From Bryobacteraceae bacterium (GTDB lineage Bacteria > Acidobacteriota > Terriglobia > Bryobacterales > Bryobacteraceae): a stretch of 64,000 nucleotides of DNA. The DNA lies in contig JANXAE010000001.1 in the NCBI GenBank assembly GCA_025062235.1, positions 493 to 64,492 of the forward strand, written 5' to 3'. The notes below the pieces were generated by a model. That model was given only the letters and a program-made list of their open reading frames with translations, had not been told where the DNA came from and ran no database searches. This document shows positions 50,215 through 60,235 of the stretch, in pieces. Each line of letters begins with the position of its first letter. Positions within the stretch are counted from its first letter, which is position 1. The translations under genes and the position numbers were made by a program.

Positions 50215-51681
50215 ATGGTGCGTTTTCGCCCGCGATACCTGTGGTTCTATTTCTCGCTGGCCCTGGGGTCGCTGCTGGGACTGCTGCTGCTGGCGCAGTC
50301 CGTCATCACCTATTACCAGGTCTCGCGTTTCATGATCCAGGCCGAGCTGAGGCGCGAGGCGCAGCGTCATGTGAGCGCGCTTGAACGGGAAGCGCGGCGA
50401 GTGGGTGCCTTCGAGCCTTTCGAGCTGTTGGCTGTGCTTCGCGAGTTGCGCGAGGAGGCGCCGCAGAGGATCGCCTGGATCCGGGTGATTGACGCCGCGG
50501 GTCGGACGGTCGTGCAGGAGGGCGAGCCGGTCGGCGAGCCATTTTCCGCCGAGCGGCTGTGGGCGGCGTTCGAGTTGGCGACGCCGGTTTCCGAGGTCCG
50601 GCACACGCCCAAGGGCAGCGTACTGGTGACGGTCTTGCCCTTGCGCTTGCCGCGACGCCCCCCGCCCGAGGCGGCGACCGGAGCGCAGAGGCCGCGGCAG
50701 GCCCGGGCACAGGAGGCGCCGGGTGCAGGCCCTGCGCCGTCTTCCCCGGTCCCGCGCACGAAGGGGCCGCGCCCGGGGCCGCGTTTCGTCGAGGTGGGGC
50801 TCTATGTGGCGGGAGGAAGAGCGAACTTCGGGCGTCTGCTCACCAACCTGGTGGTCAATTCCTCGGCGGCCCTCGGCCTGGTGGCCTCGATGATCGTGCT
50901 GTGGCTGCGCTTTCCGGATTACGTGCGTGGCAAGCAGCTCGAACAGCAGACCGAGCTGGCGCGTCGCGTGCAGCGCGACTTGCTTCCCGCGCCGGACGTC
51001 GAGCTCGACGCGCTGGAGTTCTCCGCGGGTTGCACGCCGGCCTGGCAGGTGGGGGGAGATTTCTACGACGTGTACGTGGACGAAAGCGGGCGGATCGGCC
51101 TGGCCTTGGGCGACGTTTCCGGCAAGGGCCTGCCGGCATCGGTGATGGCGGGTCTGTTGTTGGGCGCGGTGCGGTTCAGCTCTTGGGTGACGGGGCCGGC
51201 GGATCACGAGGCCGCCACCGAGCGGCTGAACGAACTGCTGCGCACGCGCACTGCGCCGGAGCGCTTTGCCAGCCTGTTCTGGTGTTACTACGAGCCCGGC
51301 ACCGGCGAATTGCGCTATATCAACGCCGGTCACGTGCCGCCGCTCATCGTGCGCCGCAAACCGGACGGCGCACGCGCGGTGGAAGTGCTCGAAGACGGTG
51401 GTCCGCTGCTGGGCGTGCTGAAAGAGGCCCGCTACCGGCAGGGGAGCGTTCGGCTCGCTCCCGGCGATCTGTTGGTGATTTACTCCGACGGGGTCGTCGA
51501 GGCGCAGGACGCCTCGGGCAACGACTTCGGCCGCGAACGGTTGCAGGCCACGATCCTGGCGAACGCGGAGCGTTCGTGCGCCGAAATCCGCGACGCCATC
51601 CTGCGCAGCGTGGAGGCCTTCATGGGACGTTCAGAGGCGCAGGACGATCTGACCCTGGCCGTGGCGCGCGTTCGGGCCTGA
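50215..51681 (+). CDS. Membrane-bound PP2C/SpoIIE (RsbU-like) phosphatase
   Basis: Two TMs, VQRDLLP, VGGDFYD, GDVSGKG, NAGH, YSDGVVE, DDLT. Confidence 0.92.
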   Translation: MVRFRPRYLWFYFSLALGSLLGLLLLAQSVITYYQVSRFMIQAELRREAQRHVSALEREARRVGAFEPFELLAVLRELREEAPQRIAWIRVIDAAGRTVVQEGEPVGEPFSAERLWAAFELATPVSEVRHTPKGSVLVTVLPLRLPRRPPPEAATGAQRPRQARAQEAPGAGPAPSSPVPRTKGPRPGPRFVEVGLYVAGGRANFGRLLTNLVVNSSAALGLVASMIVLWLRFPDYVRGKQLEQQTELARRVQRDLLPAPDVELDALEFSAGCTPAWQVGGDFYDVYVDESGRIGLALGDVSGKGLPASVMAGLLLGAVRFSSWVTGPADHEAATERLNELLRTRTAPERFASLFWCYYEPGTGELRYINAGHVPPLIVRRKPDGARAVEVLEDGGPLLGVLKEARYRQGSVRLAPGDLLVIYSDGVVEAQDASGNDFGRERLQATILANAERSCAEIRDAILRSVEAFMGRSEAQDDLTLAVARVRA

Positions 51682-51714
51682 AGCGCGCGGCAGTGGCGCT
51701 ACAATAATCGGCTT

Positions 51715-52686
51715 GTGCACGAGGTGGGGCCCGCGCAGCGTTTCCTCGAGGTGCAGATCGAGCGGCTGCGCCGTCTTCCGCGTCCCATGCGGATTGTCTT
51801 TCCGGAAGGGGACGATCCCCGCGTCCGCGCCGCAGCCGAACGGCTGGCGCGCGAGGGGCTGATCGAGCCGCTGCTCATCGGGCGCGACCGCGGCGACGGC
51901 GGCGTGCGTTGCCTCGACCCGGAGACGGATCCCGCGACGGCGCGCTACGCTGCGCTCTATTACGAACGCCGCAAGGCGCGGGGGGTCAGCGAACGCGAGG
52001 CGGCGCGCATCGCCCGTCGGCCCCTGAACTTTGCAGCCTTGATGGTCGCCGCGGGGGATGCGGATGGAACCGTGGGGGGAGCAGCCAACAGCACGGCTGA
52101 GACGGTGCGCGCGGCGCTGCACGCGATCGGCCCTGCACCGGGCGTGCGCACGGTCTCCGGGTTCTTCGTCATGGCGCTGCCGCGCAGCGACTGCGGCGCG
52201 CGAGGGCTGTTCGTCTTTGCCGATTGCGCCGTGGTGGTGGACCCTTCGGCGCACGAGCTGGCCGAGATCGCGCTGGCTGCCGCCGGTTCCGTGCGCACGC
52301 TGCTGGAGGCCGAGCCCAAGGTGGCGTTGCTGGCCTGTGCGCCGGAGGCGGTGCAAGACGACGAGCAGGCGGCCAAGGTCGCGCGTGCGCTCGAAGAGCT
52401 CGGCCGGCGCGGCACGGGGTTCGCCCGGCTGTGCGCGGGCGATGCCGGCGAGGCGGTCGAAGCCGGGGCCAATGCGTTGATCTTTCCCAACCTCAACGCC
52501 GGCAACATCGGCTACAAGCTGGTCGAGCGTCTGGCGGGAGCGGCCGCCATCGGCCCGTTCTTGCAAGGGCTGGCGAAACCGGCCAACGATCTTTCGCGGG
52601 CCTGCTCGGCCGAGGATGTCTATGCCGTCGCGATCGTCACCGCTTTGCAGGCGGCTGGCGTGTTCCCGGGCCGGCAGGGGCCATGA
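51715..52686 (+). CDS. pta: Phosphate acetyltransferase (internally divergent)
   Basis: IVFPEGDDPRV, FADCAV, LIFPNLNAGNIGYKLVERL, GPFLQGLAKPANDLSR; coupled to ackA. Confidence 0.88.
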   Translation: MHEVGPAQRFLEVQIERLRRLPRPMRIVFPEGDDPRVRAAAERLAREGLIEPLLIGRDRGDGGVRCLDPETDPATARYAALYYERRKARGVSEREAARIARRPLNFAALMVAAGDADGTVGGAANSTAETVRAALHAIGPAPGVRTVSGFFVMALPRSDCGARGLFVFADCAVVVDPSAHELAEIALAAAGSVRTLLEAEPKVALLACAPEAVQDDEQAAKVARALEELGRRGTGFARLCAGDAGEAVEAGANALIFPNLNAGNIGYKLVERLAGAAAIGPFLQGLAKPANDLSRACSAEDVYAVAIVTALQAAGVFPGRQGP

Positions 52687-53906
52687 AGATTCTGGCGCTC
52701 AACTGCGGCAGTTCGTCGGTGAAATTCGCGCTGGTCGAGGCGGGCGAGGGCGCACCGCGGATCCTGGCGCGCGGGCACGTCGAGCCGGTGGGCTCGCGGG
52801 AGGGGGCGGCGGTGTGCGAGGAGCCGGGCGCGCCGCGCCGTCTTCGCATCGTCGCGTTGCCCGACCACGACCATGCCATCCGCGCGGCGCTCGAGATGCT
52901 CGTCGAAGCCGAGGCGGGCATCATCCGCACTCGGGAGGAGATCGAAGCGGTCGGTCACCGGATGGTGCACGGGGGCGATCGCTTCCGCGAGCCGGCGCTC
53001 ATCACGCAGGAAGTGGTCCGTGTCATCCAGGATTGCGTGCCGCTGGCGCCGCTGCACAACCCGCACAACCTCAAAGGGTACTTCGCCTGCGCCAGCCTGT
53101 TGCCGCATGCCGCGCACGTCGCTGTCTTCGACACCGCCTTTCACCAGACGATGCCGGCGAAGGCCTACACCTACGCGTTGCCCCAGGATCTGTGCGAGCG
53201 CTATCGCGTGCGGCGCTACGGCTTCCACGGCGCCTCGCACCGCTGGCTCGCGGAGCGCTACGCCGAGCTGCATGGGCGCCCGATGGGAGATTTCAAGCTG
53301 ATCACCTGTCACCTGGGCAACGGCTGCTCGATGTGCGCCATCGAGGGCGGCCGCAGCGTGGATACCTCCATGGGCATGACGCCGCTCGAAGGCCTGGTCA
53401 TGGGCACGCGCGCGGGCGACGTGGATGCGGCGGCGGTCCTGCGCCTGATGCAGTGGGAGGGCCTGAGCATCGAGCGAATGGACGCACTGCTCAACAAGGG
53501 CAGCGGCCTGTACGGCATTTCGGGGATCTCCAACGACATGCGCACGCTGCTCGAGCAGGCTGCGCGCGGCGACGGACGGGCCGAGCTGGCGATCGAGGTG
53601 TTCTGCTATCGGATCCGGAAGTATCTGGGCGCCTACTACGCCGTGCTCGACGGGGCGCATGCGGTGATTTTCACGGGCGGCATCGGCGAGAACGCGCCGG
53701 AGATCCGCGCGCGCGTGTGCCGCTCCCTGGATGCTCTGGGTATCCGGCTGGACGAGCAGCGCAACCGGGCTGCGATCGGCCGCGAGATGGATCTTTCGGC
53801 CGAAGGGGCGCGCACGCGGGTCTGGGTGATCCCGACCAACGAAGAGACGCTGATAGCACGGGAGACCCTGCGGGCTCTGCGCGCGGCGGGGAGGTACAGG
53901 CCATGA
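52683..53906 (+). CDS. ackA: Acetate kinase
   Basis: MKILALNCGSSS, GHRMVHGG, APLHN, FDTAFH, YGFHG, HLGNG, FTGGIGEN, PTNEE. Confidence 0.96.
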   Translation: MKILALNCGSSSVKFALVEAGEGAPRILARGHVEPVGSREGAAVCEEPGAPRRLRIVALPDHDHAIRAALEMLVEAEAGIIRTREEIEAVGHRMVHGGDRFREPALITQEVVRVIQDCVPLAPLHNPHNLKGYFACASLLPHAAHVAVFDTAFHQTMPAKAYTYALPQDLCERYRVRRYGFHGASHRWLAERYAELHGRPMGDFKLITCHLGNGCSMCAIEGGRSVDTSMGMTPLEGLVMGTRAGDVDAAAVLRLMQWEGLSIERMDALLNKGSGLYGISGISNDMRTLLEQAARGDGRAELAIEVFCYRIRKYLGAYYAVLDGAHAVIFTGGIGENAPEIRARVCRSLDALGIRLDEQRNRAAIGREMDLSAEGARTRVWVIPTNEETLIARETLRALRAAGRYRP

Positions 53907-54410
53907 GGACGTGGCGTGTCGCCGTCATCGGCCGCACCGGCCGAGGCTGCTATGGGCGCGGGCTGGACACGGTTGGGAAGTTGGCACCCAACGTACGCAT
54001 CGGGGCGGCGCCGAACGAGGATCCCGCGGGCTTGCGGAAGGTGGTTGAGCGCTTGGGAGCGGCCGCCGCCTACCTGGACTGCCCCGAGATGCTGCGCAGG
54101 GAACGCCCCGACGTGGTTTCGCTCGCGCCGCCATGGGCGGATTGCCAGGGACTGGTCCTCGGGAAGACGGCCGCGCCATGACAACGGTTCGGGCAGGTGC
54201 GGAACCCATCGTGCCCGTTCGCCACGGCGAAAAGCGATCCCATGTGCCTCCGTTGCGCCTGCGGCTGCCGGGCGATCGTCCGCCGGGGGAGGACGTTCAG
54301 GCGAACGTTGCGGCTACCGCTCAAATCCGCCGGAGGCGCTTGAGCAGGATCGCAAGCCGAGAGCCAGCGGGCACGAGGCGCGATGACAAGGGAGATGACA
54401 ATGGCGTTCG
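53903..54410 (+). pseudogene. Decayed Gfo/Idh/MocA oxidoreductase remnant
   Basis: RVAVIGRTGRG.YG...AYLD..EML.RERPDVV N-terminus stops at 54181 before the EKP motif; weak traces continue in another frame. End approximate. Confidence 0.65.
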
Positions 54411-54551
54411 CGAATCCCAGCCCACGGCTGGTCGCGTCTACTTTGCCCCTGTGCGTCTGACCCACTCGCCTCTGGGTTCACCACCCTGAAAAGCAGAGGC
54501 TGCTGCTCTCCCGCGTCCAGCCCGGAGTTGTGACGCCTGCGGGGCTTTCGA

Positions 54552-55121
54552 TCAGCCTGCGCGCGAGCCAGAAAGCCGGCGCCAGACCAGAAGTCCCAGG
54601 CCGCCAACGGTCAGCAGCAAGAGTGTGCTCGGTTCGGGGATCACGGCTGTGTCGCCTGTTATGGTGAGAGTCGCGGCACCATAAAAGTCGTCAACTGTCA
54701 CTACGTAGAACCCGAATTGGTCACCGGGAAACAGGAAAGGAAGGCTTGTCCTGCCCGATTGTACGTTCGGACCCTCCAAGTCCAACGGCGAGATGTAATG
54801 GCCGTTGTAGTAATAGCCGGCAGGATCCCAGTGAGGGGCCCAGTCCAGAGTACTATAGTACCAGTTGAACGATAGCTCAGTCACAAAGCTGGTGATGGTC
54901 CAAATGATCGCAGTTAGGATCGGCCTGCCGGACCCTGTATTGCTACCGACAAGCGTGATGGACGCCGGCGCGGATCCTGTGAAGACGAAACCGTCGCCGC
55001 CGGTGATGATCGTGGCCAATGACGGATCGAACTGGCCGCTGAAGCTGATAGGTCCAGCCCAAGCGGAGCCGACCAGCACGAGCCCGAGCAAGGTGGAACG
55101 GGCGATATCTCCCAGCTGCAT
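54552..55121 (-). CDS. PEP-CTERM sorting domain protein
   Basis: Signal peptide (SAWAG); C-terminal IPEPSTLLLLTVGGLGLLVWRR; visibly lower GC. Confidence 0.92.
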   Translation of the reverse strand: MQLGDIARSTLLGLVLVGSAWAGPISFSGQFDPSLATIITGGDGFVFTGSAPASITLVGSNTGSGRPILTAIIWTITSFVTELSFNWYYSTLDWAPHWDPAGYYYNGHYISPLDLEGPNVQSGRTSLPFLFPGDQFGFYVVTVDDFYGAATLTITGDTAVIPEPSTLLLLTVGGLGLLVWRRLSGSRAG

Positions 55122-55153
55122 CGCCTAACCCGTCTTGTGAATTTATTCGAGTC

Positions 55154-55183
55154 ATTCTACCGGAGAGCTGCAAGCTGTGTCAA
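55154..55183 (-). promoter_or_regulatory. Sigma-70-like promoter of the PEP-CTERM gene
   Basis: TTGACA-N18-TAGAAT on the minus strand, 32 nt upstream of the ATG. Confidence 0.6.
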
Positions 55184-55504
55184 GCTCCAATTTGTGCATG
55201 CCGTACCGGGTATAACACACTGCTGAGAAAAAAACGCGTAAAGATTATTCGGCAACAAGACTCCAAATCTCCGAATAACCTTCCGCCTGACCACTTACAG
55301 GGTCGAAGGCGATTTGCACCGGGGGATTGGCACCGCCACGAATGGTCCCGAATTGTGACAACCCAGTCGGAACGTTCCAAGACGGCTGTTGATCTTTCCG
55401 GAGAGTCGAGATGGCTGCAACTCTCTGCGGAAGCCGACCCATGGCCGCGCCTCGAGGTTGCAAAAGGGGGGGCCGCGTGCGACCGACCGGCGGAGTCCGT
55501 GGGC

Positions 55505-56774
55505 CTCTGGCGGCTTGTTGAAAGACTCGCTTTCGTCTCGCTCGTTAGAACATTCGTCGCTACGATTGTTCTATTCGCGGCCACGACCCCGTCGAGCCCC
55601 GAATCTCTACGGGGTTTGCCTGGAGGAGCGCGTCGCGAGGGACCCCTGCGCGCCATCGGACCAACGGTGGACGAGGTCCTGCGGGGCCTCTTGCCCCGTC
55701 TCGAGAACCTCGGCGCGCGCATCGGGCACCCCCAAGCCGCGCGAGCGCCTGCCTGTTGCCGTCGTCCTGTTCCATCGGTGATGAACGCGTGCTGCTCGAG
55801 CAGCTGGGCTTAAACCCGTCGTTCCGCCGGTTCGTTCAGCCCGGAGACGGAAGAGGAAGTCCGAAGCCACGCGGTCTCGAGCGAGAGCCGCCAGCGGCTG
55901 GTCAACGAAGGGATCGCGGTCGAGTTCTTGCCGGCGTGTGCCGGAGCTGGCGAGGCCGTACCTCTGCGATGAACACTTGCCGGTGGAAGGCACGCTGATG
56001 GAGGCTTGGGCCAACCTCAACAGCTTGTGGCCCCAGCAAGAGCCGAAGGCCGACGGCAAGGACTTCCGCGGCCGGCGACGCTCGAACCGGAAGCATCCGT
56101 CCAGGGCGGATTTCCAGGCACGGCCAGACCGCAAGGGCCGACTGCACCAGGCGCGGCTGGCCTGCTCGAAGCATGTGCGGGTGGGGAACCTTCAGGGTCG
56201 GCCCGATGACGCCCTGGCCACCAGCGCCGGCGGCACGGCGGGGGCGCGCGGCTTTGCAAATGCCCGTTGGCCAGCGCCTTGCCACGAGTGGAAAGTCACG
56301 CGGGCAACGCACCGGGCCTGGGACCGGCGCAATCCGGGGGAAACCTTGCGCCCGAAGGGTCGTGGTGCAAGCGGCCGAGAAGCGGCAGGGCACCCAGCCC
56401 CGTCCTCGGACCACAGGCCAGGCCGGTTACCAGCAAGGTCAGCGGCTCCCGACGGTGGTGGCGAGGGCGCTTCTGCGGCTCGGGTGGGAGGAAGCCCGAG
56501 CGTCGGGCGTTGCGTGGATTGGCAAAAGTCAGTTCGCTGGTCCAATTGGCCGCCGCGGGTCGCAATCTGCGGCAACCTCCCAAGTTGCAGGACCCAAAAG
56601 CTCCATCCTCGCACAGGACCGCGGTCCGAGCGACCCGCAAGGTCGCAGAGAGCTCCGACTGGCTCCCTTCCGGCGCGACATCGTGCGACTCGCATAACTC
56701 GAAAACCCGGGAGCTAGCTGCACCGGAAAGGTCGCCAACCCCCGCTGGGCCCCTTTTTCAACGGACTGCCAGAG
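55505..56774 (+). mobile_element. Degenerate IS5-family insertion sequence with frameshifted transposase
   Basis: Fragments in several frames: LEERV, PLRAI...VDEVL, LLEQLGLNPSFRRFV, DEHLPVEGTLMEAWA, DFRG..RSN, RTT...GY..GQR, RGLAKV...LAAAGRNL. Imperfect terminal inverted repeats CTCTGGCGGCTTGTTGAAAGA (55505) and TTTTTCAACGGACTGCCAGAG (ends 56774), 16/21 match. Confidence 0.82.
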
Positions 56775-57025
56775 ACGCCGGCGCGCCCCTTCCCACCACT
56801 CGACGAACTACACCCCATGTCGCGCATCCCAGAGGTAGCGGTTCCCCGAACCCGGCATGGTCACGAACTGCCACCGACCGGGCGCCAGGCGGATTTTCTT
56901 GATCAACCGGACGGCTTTCTGGCGTTTCGCGAGCCGCGCCCTTGGTGTCGGTTTTTCGCATTTATGCGACACGAAGAGCCGGGCGCATCATCCAAGCCAA
57001 CGTCCCAAGGACGGATCATCGCGGC

Positions 57026-57116
57026 TGGCGGAGAGAGAGGGATTCGAACCCTCGATAGGGGGTTACCCTATACACGCTTTCCAAGCGTGCGCCTTCAACC
57101 ACTCGGCCATCTCTCC
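57026..57116 (-). tRNA. tRNA-Ser(GGA)
   Basis: GGAGAGATGGCCGAGTGG...CACGC-TT-GGA-AA-GCGTG, long variable arm, GGTTCGAATCC, CTCTCCGCCA end. Confidence 0.97.
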
Positions 57117-57171
57117 GTCGTCGAGAGGAGCGCTTCCAGAGACTAATTTACCACCCTGTGCAGCGGGCGAC

Positions 57172-58047
57172 TCACTCGGCGGCGCGCAGGAGGTAGTCGC
57201 GAACGCGCAGGTACCACTCGGCGCCTTGCCCACCCGGACCCGCCGGATCCCTGCACCAAGCCTGTTCGTCGGGTGCGCCAAACATTTCGAAGAGACGCTG
57301 ACGGACCGCGACGCTTCCGAGGCGCGGCTCGAGCTGTTGCGCCAGGGCCACATCCTGAGCCGCGTTTCTTCGGATCATCCGGCGCACAGAGAGTGGGGCT
57401 GTGGCAGGGCTCCCGGCTTGACCGCACAGGTATCGCAGCCACGGGCGCAACGCGGCACGGTCCGCCGGCTCGCTCACGTGCGGCAGAGTCCCGGTCGGCG
57501 GCGCGTGGTCGGGAATCCGTGCGGGCCGGATGCGCACTTCCATGGGAGCGATCACCCAGTGATCGCCCACGTTGAGCTGCGCCTCAAGCCGCACGCGGCG
57601 GACGGGGGCCTGGGCCGGCGTCCAGACATCCAGCCAGAAAACGCTGGTGGTTTGGCCGGGGATCGGATCGGTGGCGGGGTGCGCCAAGCTGTCGTAAGGC
57701 TCGAGCACGCGGATCAGTTCGTCGGGAACCCACTCCTCGCCCACGCGAACGAATCGTGCGCGGTACAGCGTGAGGCGAAAGACATCGTCCGGGTTCTGCC
57801 CGAAAAAGAGCCGGAACGGCTGACCTTCGGGCACCGTCACCGCCACGTGGAATGACGCATAGCCGTTGCGCGGCACCGCGGGCGAGAGGATCTCGCGCGG
57901 TCGCGGCGCGCGGTCGGCCCGCACGATCCTGCCGAAGGGGTCCACACGTTGGAACTCGGAGTAGATCTTCAGCTGCACGGGCTGGGCGACGGCGGAAGTC
58001 GCGATCGCAAGGGCGCTCCCCAGCCGCAGCCACCGGTTGATTCGCAT
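57172..58047 (-). CDS. Secreted hypothetical protein
   Basis: Signal peptide (AVAQ); YSEFQRVDPFG, REILSP, RNGYASFH, FWLDVW; unbroken protein-like ORF behind tsaD. Confidence 0.65.
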   Translation of the reverse strand: MRINRWLRLGSALAIATSAVAQPVQLKIYSEFQRVDPFGRIVRADRAPRPREILSPAVPRNGYASFHVAVTVPEGQPFRLFFGQNPDDVFRLTLYRARFVRVGEEWVPDELIRVLEPYDSLAHPATDPIPGQTTSVFWLDVWTPAQAPVRRVRLEAQLNVGDHWVIAPMEVRIRPARIPDHAPPTGTLPHVSEPADRAALRPWLRYLCGQAGSPATAPLSVRRMIRRNAAQDVALAQQLEPRLGSVAVRQRLFEMFGAPDEQAWCRDPAGPGGQGAEWYLRVRDYLLRAAE

Positions 58048-58071
58048 CTTCAGAACCACTCTCAGCCTCTT

Positions 58072-59169
58072 TCACGCCAGCTTGAGATTCGCCTCAGCCT
58101 TGAGGGAGAAATCCGCCGTTTCGCCGCGTTCGAGCTTGGGCCAAGCAGCCGCGGCAATCATGGCAGCGTTGTCGGTGGCCAGCTCGGGAGAGGGGAAAAA
58201 AACGGGACAGGGCAGCGGGCGCCTCATCGCCTCCTCGCGCAAACCGCGGTTGGACGCGACGCCCCCGGAAAGGATGATGGAACGTGCGCCGATCTGCTCG
58301 GCCGCCGAGGAGACCCGCCTGAGAAGCTCCTCGATCACCGTGCGCTGGAAAGAAGCCAGCAGATCCAGTGTCGCTTGCGGCGTCACGGCGAGCCACTCCT
58401 CGAGGGAGGGTTTCGGAGTCCGCGCCAGCAAGGCGCGCCGGGCGGCGATCTCGGCACCGAGATCGCGGGCCTCGACCCAACGCAGCACGGCGGTTTTCAG
58501 ACCGCTGAAGCTGAAGTCCAGCGGGTTTCCCTTCATGCGCGCGAGCGTGAAGGGGACCGCCTCGGGATCGCCGAACGCGGCCAAGCGGTCGATCACCGGC
58601 CCCCCGGGATAGCCGAAGCCGAGGAGCTTCGCGACCTTGTCGTAGGCCTCGCCGGCTGCGTCGTCGCGCGTACGCCCGAGCAGGCGATAGCGCGGGCCCT
58701 CCGCGTACTCGAACAGGTGCGTGTGCCCGCCCGAGACCACCAAGGCCAGCGCAGGGTACTCGATCGGCCGGCCCGCGCGTCGGGCCTCCAGCACCACGGC
58801 GTGAATGTGTCCTTCCAAATGATTCACCGCGACCAGCGGCAGGCCCTTGGCGAAGCACAGCGCCTTGGCATACGTCGTGCCTACCAGCAACGAGCCGGCC
58901 AGCCCCGGTCCCGCCGTGACGGCCACCGCGGCCAGTTCCTCCAGACGCTTGCCGGCGCGCTCCAACGCCAGCCGCACCACGGGTACAATGGCTCTCAGGT
59001 GCTCGCGCGAGGCCAGCTCCGGCACCACGCCGCCGTAGGGAAAGTGCGTGCCGAGCTGGGAAGCGACAACCGAGGACAAGATGGTCTGGCCCCGTGCGAC
59101 CACCGCGGCGGCGGTCTCGTCGCACGAGGTTTCGATGCCCAGGATCGGGGCGGGCGACGTTTCTGACAT
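58072..59169 (-). CDS. tsaD: tRNA N6-threonylcarbamoyladenosine synthase TsaD
   Basis: [58 protein letters not shown]. Confidence 0.96.
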   Translation of the reverse strand: MSETSPAPILGIETSCDETAAAVVARGQTILSSVVASQLGTHFPYGGVVPELASREHLRAIVPVVRLALERAGKRLEELAAVAVTAGPGLAGSLLVGTTYAKALCFAKGLPLVAVNHLEGHIHAVVLEARRAGRPIEYPALALVVSGGHTHLFEYAEGPRYRLLGRTRDDAAGEAYDKVAKLLGFGYPGGPVIDRLAAFGDPEAVPFTLARMKGNPLDFSFSGLKTAVLRWVEARDLGAEIAARRALLARTPKPSLEEWLAVTPQATLDLLASFQRTVIEELLRRVSSAAEQIGARSIILSGGVASNRGLREEAMRRPLPCPVFFPSPELATDNAAMIAAAAWPKLERGETADFSLKAEANLKLA

Positions 59170-60235
59170 GCGCCTGTCCGACTTCGATTATCACTTGCCT
59201 CCCGAGCTCATTGCACAAGAGCCGCTGCCCGACCGTGCGGCCTCGCGGATGCTGGTGCTGGATCGCAGGCGGCAGACTTGGGAGGATCGTTTCTTTCGCG
59301 ACCTTCCCGAATTTCTCGGCCCCGGCGATTGCTTGGTGCTCAACGACTCGCGCGTGTTGCCCGCACGCCTGCTGGGACGCCGCGCAGGCGTGCGTGCGCT
59401 GCCCGTGGGCAGAAAGAATCCCGCGCGCAAGCTACACCTGAAAGGCCAGGTGGAAATCCTCCTGCTCCGCCCCTCCCCCGAGGATCCCTGCGTCTGGCAA
59501 GCGCTGGTTCACCCGGGCCGCAAGATGCGGCCAGGCGAGCGCGTCTTTTTCGGCGAAGACCTCGAGGCGGAGATCCTGCGATGGGGTCCTTACGGAGAAC
59601 GCACCGTCCGCTTGCACTGCAAGGGTGACCTTTACGAGACCCTCGAGCGGGTCGGCCACATGCCCTTGCCCCCTTACATCCGCCGGCCCGACGGCGCCGT
59701 GGACCGCGAGCGCTACCAAACCGTCTACGCGCGCCACCCGGGATCCGTGGCAGCGCCCACGGCAGGCCTCCACTTCACCCCGGAGATTCTGGAACGCTGC
59801 CGGCAGGCCGGCGCCCAGATCGCCTGGGTCACGTTGCACGTGGGCCTGGGCACCTTTCAACCGGTCCGCTCCGACCCGATCGAACAACAGAAGCTGCACT
59901 CGGAGCCGTTCGAGATCACCGAGGAAAACGCCGCCACGTTGCGCGCCGCACGGCGGATCGTCGCCGTGGGAACCACCTCCGTGCGGGTACTCGAAACTGC
60001 CGCCCGCCGGGGAGGTCCGGTCGCCATGCGCGGCGAAACCGACCTGTTCATCTACCCAGGCTTCGAGTTCCGCGCCACGCACGCCCTGCTCACCAACTTC
60101 CACCTGCCGCGGAGCAGCCTGCTCATGCTGGTGTGCGCCTTCGCGGGTCGCGATTTCACCCTGGCCGCCTACCGACACGCCGTCGAGCAGCGCTACCGCT
60201 TCTACTCTTACGGCGACTGCATGTTGATCCTCTGA
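59168..60235 (+). CDS. queA: S-adenosylmethionine:tRNA ribosyltransferase-isomerase
   Basis: [62 protein letters not shown]. Confidence 0.97.
   Translation: MRLSDFDYHLPPELIAQEPLPDRAASRMLVLDRRRQTWEDRFFRDLPEFLGPGDCLVLNDSRVLPARLLGRRAGVRALPVGRKNPARKLHLKGQVEILLLRPSPEDPCVWQALVHPGRKMRPGERVFFGEDLEAEILRWGPYGERTVRLHCKGDLYETLERVGHMPLPPYIRRPDGAVDRERYQTVYARHPGSVAAPTAGLHFTPEILERCRQAGAQIAWVTLHVGLGTFQPVRSDPIEQQKLHSEPFEITEENAATLRAARRIVAVGTTSVRVLETAARRGGPVAMRGETDLFIYPGFEFRATHALLTNFHLPRSSLLMLVCAFAGRDFTLAAYRHAVEQRYRFYSYGDCMLIL

Noticed and set aside
55850..55870. RNase P RNA (GAGGAAGTCCG)
   Set aside because: Imperfect match lying within the IS5 transposase remnant; other RNase P helices not found.
57026..57116. 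tRNA-Sec (given nearby selB)
   Set aside because: Anticodon is GGA with a standard 7-bp acceptor stem, so it is tRNA-Ser.
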